Below, piece after piece: positions 54,076-63,372 of a stretch of 64,000 nt of DNA. Each line of letters begins with the position of its first letter. Positions within the stretch are counted from its first letter, which is position 1. A program made the translations under genes and the position numbers. Where the stretch lies: contig CAVTET010000004.1 in NCBI GenBank assembly GCA_963733675.1, forward strand, positions 176,072-240,071. The letters are read 5' to 3'. The notes under the pieces were generated by a model, which saw only the letters and a program-made list of their open reading frames with translations, had not been told where the DNA came from and ran no database searches. Source of the DNA: an uncultured Methanosarcinaceae archaeon. GTDB lineage: Archaea > Halobacteriota > Methanosarcinia > Methanosarcinales > Methanosarcinaceae.

Positions 54076-54430
54076 CGAGTTTTTATTGTGGGATACGCAG
54101 GTAATTATTGGAAAAATAATACAGTTGATCAAAGTTTATTCTAAGATATGCCTCAACCAGCTAATTTAGCACGACTGAAATATATGGAATGTTAAATTCA
54201 AAAAAGCTAAAATGCAGTAAAATATATCTATTAAAAATTTAAAAAGAGCATTATATATATTTATCACAAAATTGATTTATCTTATTAGATCCTGACTTCA
54301 ATATTCAAATAGATTCTCATTCAAAATGCAGAACTTATCTTACCACTTATCTCTGTCACATTTTAAGTTCCGCTTCAGAAAATATGATTTTACAGCTAAA
54401 TTCCTTTCAACACCATTCAGCAGTATACAG

Positions 54431-55570
54431 ATGGAGCAAGTTCCCTTGACCGATAATGAAATCTTACTCTGGGATGAAACATTATTTAAAGACCTTTCCG
54501 TGCTTGAGCCTGACTATCTACCCGAATATTTCCCTCATAGAGATTCACAATTGGATGCACTCAAGTTCGCTCTTAGGCCAGCTCTGCGCAGCATGCGTCC
54601 TTTGAATTGTTTGCTTGTAGGCCCTCCTGGCACAGGAAAGACCAGCGCGATTATGAAAATTTTTAAAGAAGTCGATGTCTACGCCCCCAATGTGGTTGTT
54701 GTAAAAGTTAATTGCCAGATTGATTCCACACGCTTTGCAGTAATCTCGAGAATTTACAGGAAAATTTATGGGATTTCACCGCCTAATTCTGGAATTGCAT
54801 TTCGGAAAATCTTTGAAAATGTTGTTAATTTCCTTATTTCTTCAGAAAAGATTTTGCTTGTTGCTCTTGATGACCTCAATTATCTTTGCTATGAAGGAGG
54901 GCACACCAATGAAGTTATGTATTCCCTATTGAGGGCTCATGAACAGTATCCTGGGGTTAAAATAGGTGTAACCGGAATTGTGAATGATACTTCTGACCTA
55001 TATTGTATAGATTCCAGGGTGAATTCAATTTTTTTGCCAGAAGAGATATCTTTCCCGAAGTACGAGAATGCGGAAATTTATGATATTCTTAAGAACAGGA
55101 TAAAGTATGGATTCTACCCAAAGGTAATTTCTGATGAATTACTGAAACTTGTTGTCTCGTATGTGGAAAAGACAGGAGACCTCAGAATTGGAATAGATCT
55201 TCTTAAGCGTTCCGGTTTTAATGCCGAACGCAGGGGAAACCGTATGATTTCCCCTGAAGATGTAGAAAAAGCATATGAAGCATCAAAACTGCTCCATCTT
55301 TGCAGGGGCATAAGTCTCCTGTCATATCCTGAAAAACGTTTACTCGAGTTAATAGCAAGAACAGGAGAGATTCAGGCCGGTGAGCTCTACAAGTCCTTCC
55401 ATGAACTGCTGCATCTAGGATATACTCGTTTTTACGGAATTGTTAACAGGCTCCAGGTGCTTAACTACGTGGATGCGGATTTTTCTGGTAAGGGTCAGAG
55501 AGGCAGAACCCGGATCATAAAAACAAAGTATGAGACTGAGGATATAATTAACTGCCTCGAAAAGAGCTGA
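54431..55570 (+). CDS. cdc6: Orc1/Cdc6 replication initiator paralog
   Basis: AAA+ Walker A GPPGTGKTS, Walker B LVALDDLN and a C-terminal winged helix. The start is moved to ATG 54431, giving the usual N-terminal LLWDETLFKD...LEPDYLP. Confidence 0.9.
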   Translation: MEQVPLTDNEILLWDETLFKDLSVLEPDYLPEYFPHRDSQLDALKFALRPALRSMRPLNCLLVGPPGTGKTSAIMKIFKEVDVYAPNVVVVKVNCQIDSTRFAVISRIYRKIYGISPPNSGIAFRKIFENVVNFLISSEKILLVALDDLNYLCYEGGHTNEVMYSLLRAHEQYPGVKIGVTGIVNDTSDLYCIDSRVNSIFLPEEISFPKYENAEIYDILKNRIKYGFYPKVISDELLKLVVSYVEKTGDLRIGIDLLKRSGFNAERRGNRMISPEDVEKAYEASKLLHLCRGISLLSYPEKRLLELIARTGEIQAGELYKSFHELLHLGYTRFYGIVNRLQVLNYVDADFSGKGQRGRTRIIKTKYETEDIINCLEKS

Positions 55571-55688
55571 ATATATATTTCTAATTCTCATAAATATATG
55601 AAAATCTTGAAAAAAGAGATTTACATGGATTTTTGGTGAGAAGCTAGAAAAATTATTCTCCAGACTTTAATTTTTTGATGATAATGTT

Positions 55689-55718
55689 AAAAGGCACAGC
55701 TTGAAAGCTGTGCCTTTT
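55689..55718. terminator. perfect hairpin between convergent cdc6 and thermosome genes
   Basis: AAAAGGCACAGCTTGAAAGCTGTGCCTTTT: a 12-14 bp stem with A/T runs on both sides, so it could serve both convergent transcripts. Confidence 0.5.
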
Positions 55719-55758
55719 CCTAATTAGCCCGAATTAATCTTGGGATTTATTTTAGGAA

Positions 55759-57426
55759 TTACATCATTCCTGGAGGCATTCCCCCCATTCCCGGAGGCAT
55801 TCCCCCCATTCCCGGAGGCATTCCCCCCATTCCTTCTTCTGGGCCAGGTGCTGTACGAGTAGAAGCTATGACATCGTCGATCCTTAGGATCATAACTGCA
55901 GACTCGGTGGCGGCATTAATTACCTGGGTCTTGACTCTGAGAGGTTCAACTACAAAGTCTTCCCACATGTCAACAACCTTACCTTCGAAAACGTTAAGCC
56001 CTGCGGTTTTAACTCCCTTTTCATGTTGGGAACGAAGCTCCATGAGCATGTCAATGGGATCGAGTCCGGCATTTTCTGCAAGAGTTCTTGGGATAACTTC
56101 GAGAGCTTCAGCATAGGCCTTTACTGCAAGCTGTTCTCTGCCTTCAAGGGTTGCTGCATATTCCTGGAGCCTTAATGCAACTTCAACTTCAGGAGAGCCG
56201 CCGCCTGCAACGAGCTTGCCATCCTCAATTGCAACTGCCACCACACGAAGTGCATCTTCAAGAGCACTGTTTATACTTTCAACCACATGTTCTGTGCCAC
56301 CACGCAGCAGGATGCTTACAGCCTTTGGGTTGTGGCAACCTGTGACAAAGGTCATGTGGTCGCCTCCAACCTTCTTCTCCTCTACGAGTCCTGCATATCC
56401 AAGGTCTTCAGGAGCGACCTCATCTAGGTTAGTAATGAGTTTGCCACCTGTTGCTCTTGCAAGCTTTTCCATATCGCTTTTTTTAACCCTTCGAACAGCA
56501 AAAATTCCTGCCTTTGCAAGGTAGTGCTGGCCAAGATCTTCAATCCCCTTCTGACAAAAGACAACAGTTGTCTTGCTATCGATAACCTTCTGAATCATTT
56601 TTTTTAACATCTGCTCTTCCTGGTCGAGGAAAGACTGAAGCTGGTCAGGAGAGGTTATAGATATTTCCGCATCTACTTCAGTGTCCTTGAGTTCGATTGC
56701 GGTATTAAGGAGCATGATCTTTGCATCCTTAACCTTTTGAGGCATATTGGGGTGGATTCTTTCCTTATCAATGATCATGCCCTGAATAAGTTCGGAGTCT
56801 TCCACCTTGCCACCGACCTTCTTAACAACATTGATATTTTCTTTATCAATAATGTTCTTTCCGTTTGTGTCTGTGTCAACAATGCTTGTGACAGCATCAA
56901 CTGAAATTTTAGAGAGAAGCTTTTTGGAGAACTCTGCAGCCTTTCCAGTCATTGCAGTTTCAGAGATGCTGATTAGCAGGTTTCGGTCAGAAAGTATTAC
57001 TGGCATTGCCAAGGAATTAAGAACTTCCACGGCTTTTTCGGCTGCAAGCCTGTACCCTGATGCAATAATCGTCGGATGGATTTCCTGCTCGATTAAGTCT
57101 TCAGCTTTCTTCAAGAGTTCACCTGCGACTACAGCGGCACTGGTAGTACCGTCTCCGACTTGTTCATCCTGGGTTTTAGCTACCTCTACTACCATCTTTG
57201 CTGCGGGGTGTTCGATGTCCATTTCTTTGAGAATGGTTGCTCCATCATTTGTAATGACCACATCTCCCATTGAATCAACGAGCATTTTGTCCATACCCTT
57301 GGGGCCTAGGGTTGTTCTGACCGCTTCAGCTACTGCCTTTGCAGCCATTATGTTGTTACTTTGGGCATCCCTGCCTCTAGTTCGCTTACTTCCTTCTTTT
57401 AAAATGAATATTGGCTGTCCTGCCAC
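55759..57426 (-). CDS. ths: thermosome subunit (group II chaperonin)
   Basis: [16 protein letters not shown] and the C-terminal [24 protein letters not shown] tail, which is encoded by three near-identical 21-bp repeats at 55765-55830. Confidence 0.95.
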   Translation of the reverse strand: MAGQPIFILKEGSKRTRGRDAQSNNIMAAKAVAEAVRTTLGPKGMDKMLVDSMGDVVITNDGATILKEMDIEHPAAKMVVEVAKTQDEQVGDGTTSAAVVAGELLKKAEDLIEQEIHPTIIASGYRLAAEKAVEVLNSLAMPVILSDRNLLISISETAMTGKAAEFSKKLLSKISVDAVTSIVDTDTNGKNIIDKENINVVKKVGGKVEDSELIQGMIIDKERIHPNMPQKVKDAKIMLLNTAIELKDTEVDAEISITSPDQLQSFLDQEEQMLKKMIQKVIDSKTTVVFCQKGIEDLGQHYLAKAGIFAVRRVKKSDMEKLARATGGKLITNLDEVAPEDLGYAGLVEEKKVGGDHMTFVTGCHNPKAVSILLRGGTEHVVESINSALEDALRVVAVAIEDGKLVAGGGSPEVEVALRLQEYAATLEGREQLAVKAYAEALEVIPRTLAENAGLDPIDMLMELRSQHEKGVKTAGLNVFEGKVVDMWEDFVVEPLRVKTQVINAATESAVMILRIDDVIASTRTAPGPEEGMGGMPPGMGGMPPGMGGMPPGMM

Positions 57427-57910
57427 TATTTACTCCTCCATTAATGTGAGTTTGGAATAGCTCTTGAATTAGAATCGCAGTTTACATGTTTGTACTTCTA
57501 TATAAATTCATCCCATTGATAACCTTGGTATCTAGGGATTTTTGGGATTGATTTTCTAAAAGGACAGATCGATAAATCAGTTTTGCACCAATTTTTTCGC
57601 AGAATTTTGAAGTGCTGGCTATAAACAAGCCAGATTAAAAAAATTTAACTTTTACTTCATGATTTTTGTTGATATTTATGTTTTTTCTGGAAGTATTGAT
57701 ACTCATCAATAAACTAAAACTATTAATTAACTGGAACTATACTTCTCCCACATAACCAGTGAATTGAAAATAAAAACCGAGAACGATTTAAATTAAATTA
57801 AGAGGTTTACTATTTACGAATTTTGTCAGTTTCGAAACAATTACTCTAAATTATAAAAGTGTCGAAAAAATATTCAAAATAATGAATTCATAGATTATGA
57901 CAAGAACAAT

Positions 57911-57948
57911 GACTCAACTTTCGGTATAGACACAGCCAGTTTACTTTC
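57911..57948 (+). repeat. R4 short repeat, copy b
   Basis: GACTCAACTTTCGGTATAGACACAGCCAGTTTACTTTC. About 32 of 38 positions are identical to copy a by my count. Confidence 0.6.
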
Positions 57949-58213
57949 TTATCTTCTGGATTGGGGAGTATCGTTGATATGATAACTTTACCTGATCAGT
58001 AGTCCAGATTTAATTTAGTTCCAGATTTATTTGAGACCAGTAACTGTAGCCCAGAAAATTACCGGCACTTTTAATACCGCATAGATCCGCTTAGAATTCG
58101 TGAAAATAAATTATTTAATAGAAGGATAATAATTTTCTAAAAACAGATTTGAGATAAACTGAAAAAAAGAACCTATTAGCAATTGTGTAAAGCAGATGTC
58201 AGCCATAAAAAAG

Positions 58214-58852
58214 TCAGCACTCCAGCACTTCATGAATCAATTTCATTGCCTTTTTCTCATTTTCACCCCCACACTTGGAAGCTAAATTTCCATAATGCTG
58301 GATCAATTCAAGGTATTTTTTGTCACCTGAGAGCTGGTAGCGGGTTGCATGAACAGTGGCCTCAAGCACTGCATTGAATCCTCTGTTTGGAACCAGAATA
58401 TTTTTTTTTTTCACATCATTAAGACCTGTATCCATGGGAATAAGATCTGCTACCAGGATCTGATCTGTGTTCATAATATTAATGCATTTGAAAATGATCC
58501 AAGCTGCAGCTTCTTTCAGGATAGGAAAATTGAGCTTATGAGTAGTCACATAGTCAAACTCGAAAAGTTCAAGGTCGAAAAAAGTTGAACGTACAAAAAG
58601 GAGAGGATTGTAAATTACGTTTGCTGCCATATATCCTTCTTTAAGAACGTTTGCCCAAGTATGGCTGCCTCTGAAAAGTCTGACATAATATCTCCCATCT
58701 TTCACGATTATTCCGATTGGTGCAGCATTAGGACATTTCAGACCTGTGCTTACAATTGTTTCGGAAATCCCTTCCAGGATCCCGAATGCGGAAATATCTA
58801 CAGTGGAAAAGTTACTTCCATACTTTGTATAGTCAGAGGAAAGTTTGGTCAA
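58214..58852 (-). CDS. DUF447-family protein (H4MPT-biosynthesis-linked, function unknown)
   Basis: 212 aa. The flavin-reductase-like split-barrel N-terminal half and the gene context match my memory of DUF447. Confidence 0.65.
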   Translation of the reverse strand: MTKLSSDYTKYGSNFSTVDISAFGILEGISETIVSTGLKCPNAAPIGIIVKDGRYYVRLFRGSHTWANVLKEGYMAANVIYNPLLFVRSTFFDLELFEFDYVTTHKLNFPILKEAAAWIIFKCINIMNTDQILVADLIPMDTGLNDVKKKNILVPNRGFNAVLEATVHATRYQLSGDKKYLELIQHYGNLASKCGGENEKKAMKLIHEVLEC

Positions 58853-59877
58853 AAGCGCAGTCCTCCCAAAAGAGCAATGAAAATTCCGGCAATAACGATG
58901 TCAGCTGTTGAACCTGGATTGATTCTCTTTTTAAGAAGTTCGAGGTCAAATTCCTTTACTGCAGGAAGTATAGATGCAAAGTCTATGATCCTATTATCTG
59001 AAGGCTTTTCATAGGCCAGTAGAATTTCACATGCCCTGGATGAGACGTAATCTGCAGTAACTTTATCAAATTTAGTCTGGATAAAAGTATCCCTGTGCTT
59101 GGAAAGCAATTTCAAAAAGGCATATACTATAGCTTCGTTGATATCTGAGTGTGAACAATTCAAAACCGAGTATTCTACTCTTGAATTTCGGGATTGCATG
59201 AACTTTGTTATACTATTTGCTCCTTCAAGGCAGCAACCGAATCCTGACACCCATTCACCTGCAATCATATCATATCTTTCGGCCATCCCCATGAGCTCAT
59301 AAAGCGTAACTTTTTGTCCCCTGAGTTTGACAGTTGATTCGGAATCTCCAAGGCTAAATTCATCCACACTGTTTACCCTGACTCCTGCCATATTGAATGC
59401 CCTATAAAATTCGACCGCATCCTCACAGTCTGTTGCCCTGACAAAAAAATGTGCACGTGAAGCAAGATTTTCAAATTCTTCTGGTGAAAGCTTACAACGG
59501 ACTTTCCCGCATGAATGTAATAATTCTCCCGCAGCCATTGAAAGGGGAATCAGTAATAGAAAAGCTCCAAAATGAGTATTGCCCCCCTGTTGCCAGGCAG
59601 AACTCTCACAAACTGCACTTCTGAAAAGTGCCCCTATTCCACTCTTGCTTCTTGCAGCCATTTCAATTGCAGGATAAACACTCACTGAAGAAGCTATAAA
59701 ATGCTCAAAACAAGTATCAGGATAATTATGTTCCCTATCTACATTACCTGGCTTGGGAGAAGCAGAGACCTCCAGTAGCATAGCAAGCTGAGCACAACGA
59801 GCAATAAAATTTATGATCTGTGGGTCCCCCGCCCCTTTAGGCATGGGACAGGAAAAATCATTATTAATGAGACTCAT
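58849..59877 (-). CDS. triphosphoribosyl-dephospho-CoA synthase (CitG/MdcB)-like protein
   Basis: KPGNVDREHNYPDTCFEHF and the C-terminal NPGSTADI are typical of the CitG family. 4-nt overlap with the downstream gene. Confidence 0.78.
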   Translation of the reverse strand: MSLINNDFSCPMPKGAGDPQIINFIARCAQLAMLLEVSASPKPGNVDREHNYPDTCFEHFIASSVSVYPAIEMAARSKSGIGALFRSAVCESSAWQQGGNTHFGAFLLLIPLSMAAGELLHSCGKVRCKLSPEEFENLASRAHFFVRATDCEDAVEFYRAFNMAGVRVNSVDEFSLGDSESTVKLRGQKVTLYELMGMAERYDMIAGEWVSGFGCCLEGANSITKFMQSRNSRVEYSVLNCSHSDINEAIVYAFLKLLSKHRDTFIQTKFDKVTADYVSSRACEILLAYEKPSDNRIIDFASILPAVKEFDLELLKKRINPGSTADIVIAGIFIALLGGLRF

Positions 59878-61003
59878 TTACAGGGATCCTGGCGTTATCG
59901 AGTAAGTATTCAGCCAGTTGCTTTTTAAGTTTCATGTACTCTACATCAGAGAGACCAATTGTGTTTAACGCACCATCCCGGAGCCAGCATGGCTTGGTGA
60001 TTTTACAACACCAAACGAGGCTTCCGAAGCAGGTATCTCCTCCAAACTCCAGCATAGTTCCCTTCGCAAAGTCAAACTTCGTCTTGGTAAATTCTTCTGC
60101 TGTATAACCTAATTTTCGGAATTTTTCGTGCACAGGGCAGGGTTTAACAGGAAGGCAACAAAAAGCCAGAGCTCTGAAGTCACCGTCACTGCAAACATGC
60201 TTAGGAGCATTATACCAGCCAATGGATCGCTGATAGGAACTAACGCTTTCTACTAGCTCCCTTATAAGTTTAGGATTCTGCACGACTCCCCTAGCAACAG
60301 ATACCATGTCAGCACCGCGGGAAAACATATCCTTTGCTCCCTCAAAATCAGTGATCGAGTTATTACCTATCAGGAAGAGCCTTGTAGCATCCCTGTAATT
60401 ACTGATCGCATCAAGGTCAGCCCCAAAACCATCTAGGCTGGCATCAGAGTGTATTATGTCAGCACCTGACTTCTCTATGAGCCTTACGAGCTCGATGTCA
60501 TTAACAACATTTGACCTCACTTTTACTGAAAGTACGACTCCAGTCTCCTTTATCGCCTTGATCCAAGTAGAAAGTCGTGGAAAATCATGGAGAAGAGCTT
60601 CTCCGATTCCTACATCTAGCATTTCTGGTTGCCTGCAATGGGCATTTAACTCAAGGATTGCTTCCTCTTCTTTTATGAGTTTTGCAGCTTCGATAAGGGG
60701 TTCGAGTTTAGTACTTCTGACATTTACCGCGACTGCACTTTCGGACATGGTTGCACGAATTTCCTTTTTTATAAGTGCCATGGGTTCATCGGAGATGAAC
60801 TCTTTTCTACCCATAGCCACTAGATCTGATGCAATAGTAATTGAAACTTTATCCAGATTGAAAGCTCCAAGAACTACCAGACCTGCATTACTTGCATACT
60901 TATTAGCAAAACCGCTATCTACGATCCCTGCCATTGAAGCTAGTGCGATAGGATTTTTAAAACGAACATAGTCAATATGCAAATCGAACAGACAATCACT
61001 CAT
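59864..61003 (-). CDS. TIM-barrel (Dus/DHOD-like) protein fused to a Cys-rich domain resembling methanogenesis marker 9
   Basis: The N-terminal ~260 aa look like an FMN TIM barrel (ASMAGIVDS..., LNAHCRQPE). The C-terminus has two CCxxxKPC motifs (CCLPVKPC, CCKITKPC). Confidence 0.55.
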   Translation of the reverse strand: MSDCLFDLHIDYVRFKNPIALASMAGIVDSGFANKYASNAGLVVLGAFNLDKVSITIASDLVAMGRKEFISDEPMALIKKEIRATMSESAVAVNVRSTKLEPLIEAAKLIKEEEAILELNAHCRQPEMLDVGIGEALLHDFPRLSTWIKAIKETGVVLSVKVRSNVVNDIELVRLIEKSGADIIHSDASLDGFGADLDAISNYRDATRLFLIGNNSITDFEGAKDMFSRGADMVSVARGVVQNPKLIRELVESVSSYQRSIGWYNAPKHVCSDGDFRALAFCCLPVKPCPVHEKFRKLGYTAEEFTKTKFDFAKGTMLEFGGDTCFGSLVWCCKITKPCWLRDGALNTIGLSDVEYMKLKKQLAEYLLDNARIPVNESH

Positions 61004-61344
61004 GTTTTACCTCTTAAAAATAAACCTGAAAACTGACAAAAAATAATATTCATTATCAGATATCAAAAAGTAATGATAATTTTCTTTCGACAATCCTTGA
61101 AAAATGGAAAAATCCATCTATAACTTACGGACAATAATACATATATATTAATATTTTGATGCATTCAAATTCATAAGTTTATATCAAGTACAAGGAACTT
61201 ATGTAACTTCATAAGCTGACCTGGTAATAGAATCAAAATATCACAACATTATTGTAAAAATATCCTGCTTATCAACTTTGGAAATGCATGTTCCCAAAAA
61301 GATATATATACCTATAAATATCAATGCCAATTGATAATTAACAT

Positions 61345-61708
61345 GCGAGAGTGGCTGGACGGCTGACGGGCCTTCTGGTCTGAGGAAAGTCTCCCCACCA
61401 CTCCGAACACACGAACATCTGTAAAGGATGTCGGGCGAGAGCCCAGGCTCTGGCACAGAAACGAGAACCATGCCCTGAAAATGCGATGATACATACGTTG
61501 AGGTCTCAGGGAAAGTGGATGAAACGGCGAATCCTCGTGGGTGCAAGTTGAAAATCGGGAATAAAGAGCAGTTCGGAATCTCCCGGTTTTATTTGGAAAC
61601 GCATAGCTGAATGCCGTCACTGCAAGAGTCCTCAAGGACCTTTTCCTACACTGATGGGTGGCAGAAAATTTTTGCAGGAACAGAAGGGAGCTTATGAGCC
61701 TCACTCGC
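61345..61708 (+). ncRNA. rnpB: RNase P RNA (archaeal type A)
   Basis: Plus strand shows GAGGAAAGTC (CR-I) at ~61382, GGCACAGAAA, GGGTGCAAG and ACAGAAGGGAGCTTA (CR-V) at ~61680. The P1 helix pairs 5' GCGAG (61345-49) with 3' CTCGC (61704-08). It is a GC-rich island in AT-rich DNA. Confidence 0.9.
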
Positions 61709-61952
61709 ATAAAATTATCCTAAATTATTTATTATGTTCTAATTAACCTTAGAATTCATTGCTTTCCCATCATTTATTGGCTCTCGCTATTTCGAGTAGG
61801 CAATATATTGTGGTGTCCGCTTTAACTATAAATTCAAAGTCAAATTTTGGTGTACTGCTTATAATTAGATTCTTCGGATTGTGAAATATATCTACTTTAG
61901 AACTTATTGAGATTTGTGATTTCAAAGAAAATTGTGTACGCTGCATAATTTA

Positions 61953-62041
61953 TGAGGGTTTCGATAAACTCATTAATTAAGTCATATGCTTATAAATTGC
62001 ATGTAAATGACTAGTGAAAATCAGAGGTTGATCGAGACTCT
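61953..62041 (-). repeat. M1 repeat, copy 14
   Basis: TGAGGGTTTCGATAAACTC...CAGAGGTTGATCGAGACTCT. Confidence 0.8.
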
Positions 62042-62214
62042 TAATAGTCATTTCCTTGATTGTGGGTGCAATACATATAATATTTGAAAACATTAGTTTG
62101 TGGAATACCACATTCAAGCTCGATATCATCTATTTTGTGTAGTCATCTTCAACTGAACAATTGTTCTCAACCCACAAAAACAGAGAAAAGCCATTTCTTT
62201 TAGTTTTAGGGATT

Positions 62215-63354
62215 TTATTTTGGAGGCATGTTCAGCCAGAAAAAATTAAGCAATAACCACTGGACATAACCTTTATAATTTCTATTGATCACTACTTCAT
62301 CCAGATATTTTTCAAGAATTTCCCTGTTGCTAACGGCCAATTTGAAAGAGATTTCTGGAAAATGATGCATTACCTTCTCCAACTTAAGAGAACTGGCAAG
62401 GTAGTTCCCAAACTCCCGCCTACATCTTGATTCGTATTTTTGGATGTAATTTAACTTCCTGCCATACATAATAATTCCTGCAATGGTCTCCGCAGCAAGT
62501 TGTCCGGATCTAATAGCATAGGCTATGCCTTCTCCTGAAAAAGCTTCTACAAACCCCGCAGCATCACCGCTAAGAAGAAGTCTTGAATTTATTGTTTTTC
62601 TTGCTATTCCACCTACCGGGATAATATGGGAACGAATAGGAAAATTGCCAGTAAAACCATTTTCCTCCATAAAATCCAGCATTACTCTTTTCGGATTTTT
62701 AAAATATTGAGCTATTCCCATGACTCCTACAGAATAGTATCCTGCATGAGGAAAAATCCAGCCATATCCTCCCTGGACAATCCCGAAATGAATATCTAGA
62801 GTGCCTGGGCACTGACTCTGTATTGCCTCATCCTCATCAGTTATTTCTGACACAAGACCAAGACAGTATTCTGTTCTTTTATCTTTTGATCTAACTTTGT
62901 ATTTAAGAGATCCATCTGAGCCTTCTGCAATCAGAACAAATTTCCCAAGATAGGTGTTGGCCGTGGTCCTTACCTCAACAAAATCTTTTCCTTCAATACA
63001 ATCTAGAACCCTTTCTCCGGTATGAACCTCAATTCCAGTTTCTTTAGCTTTTTCTAACAGAAAATAGTCAAAAACCGTTCTGGAAATTAATAAAGCTAAG
63101 TTGCCTTCCTTCTCTGCCTCTACAAAACCGTCACTAAAATGAATCTTTACCTTTGAAATATATCTCTCAACCACATACTCAGGAAGACTGAAATCTAGGC
63201 AAGATAAACCATATGACGAAAGAGCACCCCCACAAGATTTGTACCTCGGAAAATGTTCTTTTTCAAGCAGAAGAGTGGAAAGTCCCTGTTTTCCAGCTAT
63301 CCTTCCGGCAGATGCTCCTGAGGGTCCTCCTCCTACTATAATAAGATCATACAT
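62215..63354 (-). CDS. geranylgeranyl reductase-family FAD-dependent oxidoreductase
   Basis: IIVGGGPSGASAG dinucleotide fold, SCGGALS and LLLSGDAAGFV motifs. Confidence 0.85.
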   Translation of the reverse strand: MYDLIIVGGGPSGASAGRIAGKQGLSTLLLEKEHFPRYKSCGGALSSYGLSCLDFSLPEYVVERYISKVKIHFSDGFVEAEKEGNLALLISRTVFDYFLLEKAKETGIEVHTGERVLDCIEGKDFVEVRTTANTYLGKFVLIAEGSDGSLKYKVRSKDKRTEYCLGLVSEITDEDEAIQSQCPGTLDIHFGIVQGGYGWIFPHAGYYSVGVMGIAQYFKNPKRVMLDFMEENGFTGNFPIRSHIIPVGGIARKTINSRLLLSGDAAGFVEAFSGEGIAYAIRSGQLAAETIAGIIMYGRKLNYIQKYESRCRREFGNYLASSLKLEKVMHHFPEISFKLAVSNREILEKYLDEVVINRNYKGYVQWLLLNFFWLNMPPK

Positions 63355-63372
63355 CTTGAAACACCTACTTAA

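Noticed and set aside
61241-61710. Two overlapping minus-strand ORFs of 101 and 129 aa.
   Set aside because: They cover the RNase P RNA gene on the plus strand. The GC-rich structured RNA explains why the frames are open.
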